Assembly: GCA_033442325.1 (NCBI GenBank)
Contig: JAWQFM010000002.1
Location: forward strand, 2,734,639 to 2,798,638
Reading direction: 5' to 3'
Length of the DNA: 64,000 nucleotides
From: Salpingoeca rosetta
Lineage: Eukaryota > Protista > Choanoflagellata
Part shown: in pieces, positions 31,914 to 51,581 of the stretch
How the letters are laid out: every line of letters begins with the position of its first letter
How positions within the stretch are numbered: the stretch's first letter is position 1
The notes under the pieces: model-generated
Told to the model about the DNA's origin: nothing
The model's database searches: none
Seen by the model: only the letters and a program-made list of their open reading frames with translations
Program-made: the position numbers and the translations under genes

Positions 31914-34497
31914 GTATGACCATTAACAGCTGACGCGCACCAACAGCAACTACGTTGGCTTCCACGACGACATTGTGCGTCTGAAGCCTGGGCGACTCGA
32001 CTTGGCTGCATACCTCCTCACACCAATCCAGCGCCTGCCACGCTACATTCTCCTCATCACAGAGCTCATCAAGGTTTGAGTGTGTGCGTGTTTGTGGGTG
32101 TTTTGATGAGTGGGCATTTGTGTGCACACGTGACCATGAATTTGCGTGTGCACGCGTAGGTGCTTTGATGCATTTACTGAGACTACTGTGCGTGCATCCC
32201 AGTTCGTTCCACCACACTCACACACTGTCTAATCATTCAGGTCACGCCTTCTGATCATCCTGATCACCAGCAACTTTGCACAGCATTGGAGAAAATCAAG
32301 GTACGTGCGTGGGCGTGTGTGTGTGTGTGCGTTGCATGTGCGTGTGTGCGTGTGCGTGTGCGTGTGCGTGTGCGTGTGCGTGTGTGTGTGTGTGTGCGTG
32401 TGTGTGTGTTTTGTTCTTGTGTGGTTCTGGGTTGATGCATCAAAGCTGTGTTTTGTTCCAGACGTCACCTTTGATGTGCGCGTGCATGTGTTACGAAGGT
32501 GCTGATGGATCAACTCAACGACAGCATCACCAAAGGCCAGGAGCTGGTACGAATTGAAGTTGACTGCCGTGCCTGTGTGGTGTGCGAGTGCTTGCTTGCC
32601 ATTTCAGGCGGTTGCACCATTGACATGGAAATTGTTTGTTCACATGAGTGTGTTCCATTGTGTGTTCGTGTGTGCGTTCGTTTATCCGTGTGCGTGCGTG
32701 CGTGCGTGCATGTGTGTGTGTGTTCGTTTATCCGTGTGTGTGCGTTCGTTTATCCGCGTGTGTGCGTGTTTCTTGTTTTGTTCAGGTGGACGCATTTCGA
32801 CGCCAGGGAAAAACAAGGCGCCCGCCAGGAAAAGGGTTGGTTGATCTCTGATCAAAGGAACTGCCGTGCCATGGCACCGGGAGTGTGTTGGTCATCTTCT
32901 TTTCCCTTTTTCTATCACTGTTGTTCTCATCTATGCTGAGGTGTTCGAACACTGTACGTGTATATGTGTGCGTGTTCGTGTCCTGTGAACAGGAGACGAA
33001 AGCGGCGGCCAATGTCTCTTACGTCGACACTCACCATCATGGTATGCACCAAGGGCTGGGGTAGTTCGACCACAACACCTGAAGGAGATGGCAGTTGGCA
33101 TCACGCTTGGTGTTTGCACATACACAACCATAAATGCACACGCACAAAAGCAATTAGCCCACACAAACACACACGCACACACACACACACATTAACCACG
33201 TGCTCACATCTCATGGCCATCGTGGTTGCATGCTGCGCTGTGTCCTTCAGGCGGAATTTGAGCGCCGCTGTCAAGACGACGAGCACAAGGAAAATGCAGC
33301 GAGCAAGAGGGGGTCGTCGCATTCCGAGGGCAGCGGTGTTGCTGAAGAGCTGGCCGCTGCACACGACACGCAGGGCAGGATTGGCACGCTTCCTTCGCGC
33401 TGGAGGTACGTGTGTTCGTGAATGTGTGTGTGTGTGTGTGTTCGTGGATGTGTGTGGACTCTTGTAGTTGTAAATGTGTGTGTGGCTGTGTGTGCGTGTT
33501 TGCAGTTGCAAATGTGTGTGCGTGTATGTTTTCTTAGTGGGTGGTCGTTCTTGTACTGGTGTGCGCGTGCCGCCTGTGTGTTTGCTTGTGGATTGCGTGC
33601 GGGCGTGAATGAAACTGCAAAACCATGCATAGCGGTGCTGCCAACTGACTGTTGCCAATTGCTGCACGCAACCTTGCACTTCCCATGTGCCGATGCTAAC
33701 GATGATTGTTTGCATCACAATGTGTCCTCCACTGCGCTGTCAGTACGAGCATGGCACAGATGCGCACTGCGGGCGGCGCAAAGCGCATGAGCGCGGGCAA
33801 CTACGAAGAAGAAGTGGCAAAGAAGGCAGCTGGCCCGGCCAACCGCCGTGGCAGACCATTGTACGTTGGTTAACACCAGGGTAGCGTGTGTGTGTGCGTG
33901 TGCGTGCGTGTGTGTGTGTGTGCGAGTGTATTTGCGTGTGTGTGTGTGTGTGTGCGTGCGCATGTGTGATATGATCTGCAACTGGATGTTACTGTCTCAA
34001 CGTCACACCATTTACCGAAGCGCTTTCTCTCACACACGCACACACACACACACACATGAATACACATTGCTCTCACTCTGCAGCGCCTTCAAGTTTACGG
34101 GCGGATTTCGAGACAAAGAGAGCAGGCAGGACGGGCGACCACAGTCGTGGTGGCAGCGCGCGCGCTCATCTTCGCTCGGCAGGGCAAAGTCAACGACAAG
34201 TGTTGCGGAAGCAGCAGCAACCGGTTTGCAGGACGCGGACAGGCAGACTGGTGAGAGCAGTGGAGCAAAGCAGAACGAGAAGGCGGGCCTGACTTTTGAA
34301 GGCGCAACAGACCCCACGAAAGATGCTTCATCCACAGCACAGCAGAGCTCCCAAGCGCGAAGTGCCATGATGCAACTGGCTGGTGTGGCTGCGACACACA
34401 GTCGGCGCGGCAGCGACAGTGGCGCCTCCAAGGCGAAAGCGGCCGCAGCGCTGGTGGCCCAAACTCATGCTACAACTACCACACACGTGCGCCAGAC

Positions 34498-34538
<41 letters not shown>

Positions 34539-35496
34539 CGGACAACAATAAAACACAAAACAACAGCAGCAACAGCAACCAGAGGAAGAGTTCTGGGTAT
34601 GACAGCAAGCTTGCTGGTGCCGGTAACATGCACCAAGTACACAGGCAGCGTGCAAAGCATGCAGACGGCACGCGCCATCAGCCGTTGCAACAAATCTCCA
34701 ACGTCATCGACACCCGGCAACAGCAGGCACAGGTGGGGCATGAATCGATCAGCTGATTTCGTACAGTGAAGAACAATGTGATGTTGTTGCTTGCTTCTTG
34801 CTCAAACACAAAACCACTCACTTGCACTCACGCACGCACACGCACACACACACATGTACACTCCTACACACGTATACATACTCTTACTTGCACACGCTCA
34901 CACGCACACACGCTCACACGCACACACACACCGACAACCACAATCGCCCATACCCACAATCGCTCTCTCTCACACTCAATCACACTCACTCATGCATGCA
35001 TGCGTATGCATGATTGTCTGCAGGAGAAGGTGGTGATCAGTCGGCCGTATCAGTTCCGCCACGTGCAATCTGGAACGGGCGGGCTGAAGGCGTTGAAGGA
35101 TTCCCCGCGCCAAAGAACAAACGCTGTGCGCCATCTACTTGTTGCACCAGCAAAGGCAGAGGAAGCGAGCAAGCATGTGGAGATTACCCGGGCACATCGC
35201 AGCCTGTCACATGGCGACTTGAGGCAGATTGCGGTTGTGAAGGAGCAGTCTATGGTTGGGAAGGGCCAACGCACGCGTCGTGCCGAACACGCAACGGAGC
35301 CGCGACAGCAGCTGCAGGAAGAGGAAGGCCAGCAGCCGCGCAGTCGACTGTCCAGCGCAAACAGCAGCTTGATGAGCAGCAAGCTGGCTCTTTCTGCCAC
35401 CCCCTCGGAAACGGCATCACCGGTTGTGCACCTGTTTCGGAAGCCGGAGCGCCGCGGAAACGCTGCCGGAAAGCGCCTGCTGCTGCACCAACACAC

Positions 35497-35541
<45 letters not shown>

Positions 35542-35920
35542 CCAACAACGGCAACAGCAACAACGCTCGCATCCGTTTGGTGTCATCCAGCGTGGCGGCC
35601 GCCCGGAACCACGCCGCCACCCGCGCGTCGCCGTGCTGGGCTCCGCTGGCGCCAAGGATGGAGATGAGCACCACCACCAACCACATCCACACCACCACAG
35701 TGAACACCACCACCCACAGCAGCAGAAACAGCAACAGCAGCAGATGAGGGTGTATGATTCGCCGCGGCACTACTCGAGCAGTGCGAGTCGTAAGCAGGAG
35801 CAGCACCGCGGCGCGCTCATTGTTGAGGATATCGGGGAGGAGGAGTGCCTTGAAGTCAAGGCCGTCCGTGGTCGTGCATCGACGCAGCCCGAGTCTGGTG
35901 TGCGTGTCACGCTCATCTAG
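29620..35920 (+). CDS. Dbl-homology RhoGEF without a PH domain, with a CRIB-like motif in the C-terminal region
   Basis: DH motifs RMRILQEVVDTERTYVNGI, LAAYLLTPIQRLPRYILLITELIK and VTPSDHPDHQQLCTALEKIK, spread over exons from 30893 to 32546. Downstream exons join in frame through low-complexity sequence to VISRPYQFRHV and end VRVTLI*. Confidence 0.82.
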
Positions 35921-36324
35921 TGGTGATGTATTGCTGTTGCTTTGGGGCGAGGGTGAGCGGAGCGAAGGCGCTGGGGGGGGATAGTGCCAACCTCACTGTT
36001 GCCTTGAATGGCGTGTTGTTTCCAGCGCAGCGTTTCCACCGCTCTACTCTCTCGTCGCCTTCCTCCTTTTCTTTCTCTTGTTTCCCTTGCTTGCTTGTTT
36101 GCTTGCTTAACCGACAGACAGTTTGAGTGCAACAGGTTCACCTGTTCCCCCCAATTCACAGTTGAACCAACGTTTCTGGGCATGGAGCGACAGATGGGGA
36201 CATGGGTCATCATTGGGTGGCGAAAAAAGGATCAGAAGGAGAGGTACAGGCAGAGAGACAGAGAGACAGAGAGACAGAGGTACAGACAGAGAGATAGAGA
36301 GACAGAGAGACAGAGAGACAGACA

Positions 36325-36441
<117 letters not shown>

Positions 36442-36556
36442 ACACAGACACAGTGCGACTGAATTCAGTCGCAGGACACTCGCATTTGCATGTTGCACGC
36501 CAACGAACTCACTGCACTAACCAGCCAGCCGCTGCTCCAGCTCCACCGTGACAACC

Positions 36557-38169
36557 ATGTTCTCTGCTGTTCGTCGCTTGGCCACCGTGCCCGCAGGTGC
36601 GTGCAAGAAGAACGAGCAGCGAGAGGGAACCGGGTTTGACGATGTGACGCGGCATGTAACTTCAACGGTTGCCAGCGTTATCAGACTGCTGCTTTGTTGA
36701 CATCGGTTGTGCTTGTGTATTGGTTCCTCACATCAGACACACACACATGATGCGTGCACACACCCACGCACACACACACATGCACACATGATGCACACAC
36801 ACACACACACACACACACATGATGCACACTCTCAACCCAGGCGCACCCTGGGCGCTGGGAAAGCTGAACCACGTCGCTGTGGCAGTGCCTTCTCTTGGTT
36901 AGCATACACACGCATGTGTTTGTAGTTCGCGGTGCATGTCATGTGTTTTGAAGAGAGCAGGAGACAGGTAGTAGCAGTTGTGCACCTGCATCCCTGGCTT
37001 TACGCACTTGACACTCCGTTGCTTTGTCGGTTGGTGTGTGTTTACATCTGCTTGCAGAGAAGAGCGTGGCCCTCTACCGTGATGTGCTCAAGGCAAACGT
37101 CAGCGAACCGCAGGTGAGATCACGACTTCTTGTGTCAGTGTGTGTGTATGCGCATGCGTATGTTTCTTGCCAAGCCATTGTCCTACACCTCTTCTGACCT
37201 GGCCTTGCTTTGTCGGGTGCAGGCGCTGCCAGAGCACGGCGTCACCACCGTATTTGTCAACCTCGGTGACACAAAGATTGAGGTGAGGTGGTTGGTTGTA
37301 CAAAGTCCTGTTGTTGTGTGCGCATCAAATGTGACTCTGTTTTACATTAGCGTTCAGCCCTCAAGCTGTTAAGCACACACGCACATGCACAGCCACACGC
37401 ACGCACACTCACACACTCACGCGCGCGCACACACACATGCGCACACATTCACACACTCACGCGCGCACACACACACACACATGCACACACATACACTCTT
37501 GCTCACACTCATCCACCACCCCCACACGCAATCCTGCAGCTGCTGGAAGAGTTGGGCGACAAGAGTCCAATCGCCAAGTTCATGGAGAAGAACCCGAGCG
37601 GTGGCATGCACCACATCTGCATGGAGGTGAGCGACATCAAGGCCGCAATGCAGCAAGTCAAGGACAACGGCATCCGCACCCTCACACCAGAGCCAAAGGT
37701 TCGTGGCACACGTGTGAAGTGGGCGCATGACGGCGGTGACGTTGCCGCGCATGCTGCGCACCATTCCTTTCTTGTTCAATCGTGTGATCGTTGATCGAGC
37801 TGGTGTTTGGCGACTCACCAAGCGCACCCTTGACCTCCCCGACGATGCTCGTATCCGTCTGGATTGGCTCATCATGCCATGCGTCAGATTGGCGCTCACG
37901 GCAAGCCCGTCGTCTTCCTCCACCCAAAGGTACCGCCTTTCTCAATTCACGCGTGTTTGTGTTGCTTGGTTGCATGTTGATGGGTGTGCGAATGTTTTTG
38001 TGTGTGTCCGCGATGGGGGGGGGGGTAACAGGCATGCGCGCGTGTGATGTTGCTGTGCGTCGCAACCCTCACAAACGCTTGCCCCACCCCCCCCCCCCCA
38101 CACACACACCCACACGCTACACGTTCGTAGGACTGCAACGGCGTGCTGGTCGAGCTTGAGGAGGAGTGA
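36557..38169 (+). CDS. MCEE: Methylmalonyl-CoA epimerase, mitochondrial, 7 exons
   Basis: Short presequence MFSAVRRLA. Motifs LGKLNHVAVAVP, LPEHGVTTVFVNLGDTKIELLE, GGMHHICMEV, IGAHGKPVVFLHPKDCNGVLVELEE. Confidence 0.96.
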
Positions 38170-38634
38170 TCATGTGCTTGATCACGTGTCCGACTTCACC
38201 ACCCGCTCCCCTCTTCTTTCTTGCTCTTCGTGCCCGAAACATGCACACCTGTTCCCCACACCGGTGACCAGCAGCTGCGATGCTTCTTCAACATAAATAA
38301 AGGATTGATCATCAAATCACAGGACGGGTGGCTGCATTGTATTGCTCAGTCGTTGCGTTACGCTGAGAGACGGTCGGTGAACATAACGCTGTTGATCCCC
38401 AACAGAAACAAAATGTCACACACATGTACACACATGTACAATGCTGCGCAGAAACGGACATGGCAAGAAGCAAGCACATGCCATGAGCACCGACAAGCAC
38501 AACAAAGAGAGATTAGGAGAGAAGCTGAAAAGAACAAGTGACACGAAGCATTGTAGGCGGGGGGGGGGGTTCTGAACAGAGTGAGAGGGAGGTGGATGTA
38601 ACATGTGACTGCAGGTTGGTCGCCAAGACACCCA

Positions 38635-45431
<6,797 letters not shown>

Positions 45432-45545
45432 CGTCTTAGAGCAGCGTCTTGTGCTGTGGTTTGGTGGGCGTGGGAGGACAACACAACCAGCCAGCGGTTC
45501 GTGGCTTGTAGAAAACTGTGCGTATCTTCAAACAAACGTCGAGCC
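45432..45545. promoter_or_regulatory. Very short (114 bp) bidirectional intergenic region between the SH2 gene and ERCC6L2
   Basis: Divergent ATGs at 45431 (-) and 45546 (+), each followed by a short first exon and a GT donor. Confidence 0.55.
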
Positions 45546-45575
45546 ATGAACGACGAGGAGGATGACGGGTTTGTT

Positions 45576-45643
<68 letters not shown>

Positions 45644-45882
45644 TGTGTGTGCTTGTGTGTGCTTGTGTGTGCTTGTGTGTGCGTGTGTGTGTGTGTGCGT
45701 GCGTGTGTGCGTGTGCTTGTGTGTGTGTGATGCATTTGGACACCTTCTCTGGCTCTTCTCTCACACCTCTTGCTTGACACCACTCTCGCTCGTGCAACCG
45801 CAAACACAGATGGATCTCCACGCAGACGCGGTCAGTTCATCGACACAATGATACACACAAACAATCGGACGCGTTCACACAA

Positions 45883-45923
<41 letters not shown>

Positions 45924-47908
45924 CATCGCATACGCCACTCACACGCACACCGCACTCACACTCACAAAAACACACTCACTGATACGCTCGCACACACACA
46001 CACACATGCACACGTCCAGGGCGGGAGAGAGGCCGCTGGCTGAGGAGGATGACCAGGACACTGAAGCTGACGAGGATGAGGAACGCGCCGTCGAGCACGT
46101 GAGCGCACCATCCACAACAACAACCACAACAGCAACCACAACAGCAACCACAACAGCAACCACAACAGCAATCACAACAGCAACATCAACAGCTGCTCGG
46201 TCCCCACAGCGTCGACCAGCACACAGCACACGCCAAGGGTCCCACGAGCCACTGCAGTTCTGGAAGACACTCGAGCGCGTGCGTCAGCGTCCGCCAGCTG
46301 ACGACAGCCAAGCCGCCCTCGCCTTCTCCAACACGGTGTGCGCGCGCGTGTGTATGTGTGCTTGTGCATGTGTGCTTGTGCTTGTAAGCTTGTATGTGTG
46401 CTTGTGTGTGTGTGCTTGTGTGTGCTTGGAATTGCTCTGTGTGTTTGCGCTTGTGTGTGCTTGGAATCGGTGTGTGTGTGCGTGTGTGTGCGTACGTGTG
46501 TGTGTGTGTGAACCTGAATTACTTCTGCACCTCCTCATGCAGCACACACGCACACACGCACACACGCACACTCACATACTCACACACACACTCACTCACA
46601 CACTCACACAGGCGCAGCAGAGGCGGGCGTACTATTCGGCCATGTATGGGAGCAGTAGCAGTGGGAGTGAGGACGAGGGTGGTGACGGGCATGGCCAGCG
46701 AGACAGTCATGTGCAACAAGACGATGACGGCAGCGCGCCTCCTGCGCCCAAACGCGCACGCAAGAGCCGCAAGCCCGCACGCGGAACCGAGCAAGCCGTA
46801 CCCACGTCACCACATGGCAGGCACGTGCAGTCGCCCAGAAGAAAGATGAGCACAACGTCCCGTGCTGGCCGCGCCACCGCCACGTCCACTGCCACTGCCA
46901 CTGCTGGTGATGGCGATGATCGTGATATGCGCGCAATGGCATCGTCAGCGTCGTCAGCTCTGCGGGCACGCCACGCCACCCGCAGCGGGAAGACGAATAG
47001 GAAGGCACGGGGAGCGTCAGTTGCACCTGTCGCGAAGCGTGGAACTCAGCGTTCCTCACGGCAGCAACGGCATGCACGCGCCTACGAAGACGAAGAGCAA
47101 GAGGAAGAGGAGGATCATGACGAAGAGTATGATGATGATGGCGAAGAAGAAGGTGATGATGATGATGATGGTGAGGAACAAGTTGACGATGACGGTGATG
47201 TGGACGAAGTTGCACGGCGCGTGGGTAAACGGCGGGACCACCATCACGGTCGAGGCACACGCACACTCGCGCATACGCGACGATCACGACGGCGACATCA
47301 TCATCATCATCATCATCATCACCGCCGCGACCAGTCATCACCGTCGCCATCGCCATCGCCATCATCATCACGGTCGTCATCGGATGACATGGACGGGTTC
47401 CTTGCGTACCATGAGGCGCACAAGACAGGCGGAGCACGTGCAAAGGCAGCGGGGCGAGCCGGCGGCATGGCGTCATCGCGGCGGGCTCAGCGGCAGCAGC
47501 AGCAGCAACAAGACACCGACAGCAGTAGCGGTAGCAGCGATGCTGGCGAGGATGACCACAACGCAATCATGGGCGCGCGTGTGCGGCGAATGCGTGAGCG
47601 GCGCCGCTACGTCGCTGCTGTGACGGCCAAACCCCGGCCCGACCTCCCCTCGTCCCTGCATCAGCTCCCATCACCGCAGCCGCACGTCGTGTGGATGCCG
47701 GCACAGCACGCGGTGGGGGAGGGTGGGTCGCCGTGGGCGCGGCTGCGGCGAACACAGCTGTCCATCCCGGGGCCCATCAACCAATTTCTGCGCCCGTACC
47801 AGCGGGAGGGGGTGGAGACGATGGCAAAGTGGCTTTTGGATGGGCACGGCGGCGTCCTCGCAGACGACATGGTGCGTGTATGTGCGTGTGTGTGTGTGTC
47901 TGCTTGTG

Positions 47909-47940
<32 letters not shown>

Positions 47941-48290
47941 TGTGCGTGTGTGTGTGTGTGAGGCTGTGTGTGTGTGTGTGTGTGTGTGTGTGGACACGAT
48001 TGGAACAGTGGCCATCGACATGTGTTGCGTCATTGGACTGACTTGGAACCGCTATGCACCGCCCTGTTGACAGGGTCTTGGAAAGACTGTGCAAGTGATT
48101 GCGCTGCTTGCGACGCTGTTGCAGAAGACGTATGATGCCGCCGTTGACGCGATCCCAAAGCTTGCAGGTGAGTTGGCACCAAATGTGCACTGCGATGCTG
48201 CTGTAACATATCTGCTCACGTGCGTATTTAACAAGCACACACTCACGTACATACATCACACACCCATACGCTCTCTCTCTCTCTCACCGA

Positions 48291-48360
<70 letters not shown>

Positions 48361-49777
48361 CTGTCAGCGCCTGTGCTGGTGATTTCGCCAAACACGGTGC
48401 TTGGGACGTGGCTGGAGGAGCTTGAGCGGTGGGGCCACTTCACCGTCGGCAAATTCCACGGCAGCGGGCGAACGCGCGTGCTGGATGCGCTCACGGCTGA
48501 TGCTGCGGCGTACGACGTGGTGGTGACGACATACACGACCTTCCAGCGCGACGCTGCGGGCCTGGCGCAGGTGCCGTGGCTGCTGGTGGTGGCGGACGAG
48601 GCTCACAAGATACGGTCGCCACGGGCGAAGCTGACGACGGCGATGAAGTCATTCCCCGTCCAACACCGCATCGGGCTCACGGGCACTGCTCTTCGCAACG
48701 ACTTCAAGGAGCTGTGGTGCCTTCTGGACTGGGCCTGGCCAAACGCGCTTGGGCCCTTGTCCCAGTTTCTGGCAAATGTCGCCACGCCCATCAAGCGAGG
48801 GCAGGTCATGAATGGCACGCTGGACGAAATCGAGTTGGCAGAGCAGCGCGGGCGGGAGCTCATTGACAAGATGAAGCCTTTCTTCCTGAGACGGTGCGTT
48901 GCGTGTTTGTTTGCGTGCTTGTGAGTTTGTGCGTATGTGTGTGTGCGTTTGTTTGTTTGCTTGTGAGTTTGCGCGTGTTTGTTTGTTTGCTTGTGAGTTT
49001 GTGCATGTTTGTATGGATTGCGGCTGCGTATTGACCATCTGCTGTGCTTGTTGCTTGAAACGCATGGTCATCATGGTCCACTGTACACGCGTGCAGCACC
49101 GAGGTTGTGCTCGCTGGCCAGCTGCCGAAGAAGGAGGATCGTGTCGTCTTCTGCAAGGTGCGTACGTTGCATGTGCGTGGTCGTGGTCGTTGGACGTTTT
49201 GTCTTGTGCATCGTGTCTGAACTCAAAGCGCGCTGATTCTCGCTTGTGGTTGCATGGCTTTTCCGTTTGGATGTGCAGATGACACCGCTGCAGCGAAAGG
49301 TCTACGAGAACATTCTTTCGCAGGACGACGTCGTGGTCAGTGGGCATGAGCACATGTGCAAAGGCGCACGGGTCTGCGTGCCTGGCACTGTTCATGCGTT
49401 GCCTAACCCGCGTCCGTTTGCCACAGCATGTCGTCATCTCTCAAGTCCCCACTTTTGCACGCACACACACACACACTTGTTTGCAGTACATCACCCAGCG
49501 GAACCTGCCGTGTCTGTGCGAGGCGAATCAAGCCCGCGAACGGCAACTGACGCGTTCCCAGTGCTGCTATCAGCTCACCCGCTACCACAAGCGCGGGGAC
49601 GTGTGCACTTGTGGCGGCAGCACTGACGATCCAGAGAAGATTCGTCGCTGCCGCAAGTGCCACTGCTCCCAAGAGGCCATCGCCAGCGGTGTGTGCGTGT
49701 ATGTGTGTACGTGTGTGCGTGTGTGTGTGTGTACGTGTGTACGTGTGTGCGTGTGTGTGTGTGTGTGTGCGTGTGTG

Positions 49778-49810
<33 letters not shown>

Positions 49811-51505
49811 ACGTGTGTACGTGTGTGCGTGTGTGTGCCTGTCACCTAGCCCCACCGCAGCGCGCTGATTTGCGTACAACCCATCCCATTTTCCGCGCCG
49901 CCCCCTTGCTCTTCCAACTGGTGCCTCGCGTGGTCACACCACAGGAACCAACGGCTGCATGCCATGGAGCTACCTCATCTTCCCTCTTGTTGTTCTCCTG
50001 CGCAACGTTGCGAATCACGTCGCTCTTCTCGTTCCGCGCCCGGGCGACGACGAGCTCACCGTCATCAAGGTCGCACGCGCTCTGAGTGTGTTGTGTGTGT
50101 GTGTGAATGTGTGTGTGTGTGTGTTTTTGTGTGTGTATGTGTGTGTGTGTGTGATTGTGTTCAAGATCAGCGTTCCCGGCTCCGCCATTGCTTTAGTTGG
50201 TTTTCTGCAATTCCTCACACGTGGATGCTTCCAACACCGATATGCCCACGCGCCGCACAGAAGGAGCGGGACTGTGCTGCCGCCTTTCGAGGCGAGGAGG
50301 CGTGGCTGCAGCGCGCGCGGCGAAACGACCCCACCGCCATTGGCGACCCAGAGGTGTCCGGCAAACTCAAAGTGCTGCTGAAGCTGTTGTCCATTTGGCG
50401 CGAGGAAGATGCGCGTGTCCTCCTCTTCTCACACTCCCTCAAACTCCTCGACATTATGATGGTAAGCTGCGTTTGTGCGTGCGTGTGTGTGTTTGTGTGT
50501 GTGTGTGTTTGTGTTTGTGTGTGCTTGTGTTTGTGTGTGTGTGCGTGTGTGTGTGTGTGTGTTTGTGTGTGTGTGCGTGTGTGTGTGTGTGTCGTGCGTG
50601 TTTTGTTTGTTGTGGGGACGCACATGTGCGTGCATTTCATGGGACGTTTCGCTTAACCGCCTCGCACTCACATCGGAATCCTCCCACCTCCCACCACCAC
50701 AAGGATGTGTTTCGAGGGCGCGGCGTGAGCTATCTTCGCATGGACGGAAACATGCCCACCGAGGAGCGGCAAGAGGCAATCAATCGCTTCAACGCCGGTA
50801 CCGTCGACGTGTTTCTCCTCTCCACGAAGACGGCCAACACAGGCATCACCCTCACCCGCGCCAACAAGATTGTCATCTTTGATCCAAGCTGGAATCCGGC
50901 TGAGGACCGCCAGGTGACCACGCCATGGGCGAGAGGTTGAAGAGCAGATGAAGGCAGACGCAGGCGAGCAAGCGCACTTGTGGCAGGCCCACGCACACAC
51001 ACACACACATACACACACAGACACACAGACACACACACACATACACACGCACACGCACACGCACACGCACACGCACGCACGCACAGACACATACACACGC
51101 ACACGCACACGCACGCACGCACAGACACATACACACACATGAGGTGCCACCCGAGTTCCATGCTTCACACGCCCTCGTTGTCCGCTGTATTGCGACCGCC
51201 ACAGGCGGAGCACCGCGCGTGGCGCATTGGACAAAACCAGGACGTGGAGGTGGTGCGGCTCATCTCCTCCGGCACCATCGAGGAGCTCATGTACGCACGA
51301 CAACTGTACAAGCAGCAGCTGGCGGCCGTGGCGCTAGAGGGGCGGGCACAGCGCAGGTTCTTTGAGGGTGTGCAGGGTGACCCGTCCCGCAAGGGCGAAC
51401 TGTTTGGGCTCGACAACATGTTTGCATCGGAGCTGGACGAGGAGCTGGTGAAGCAGGTCATCCGCCGCCGCCAGGTGACGTGACGCGGTCGCTTTTGTAT
51501 GGGTT

Positions 51506-51581
<76 letters not shown>

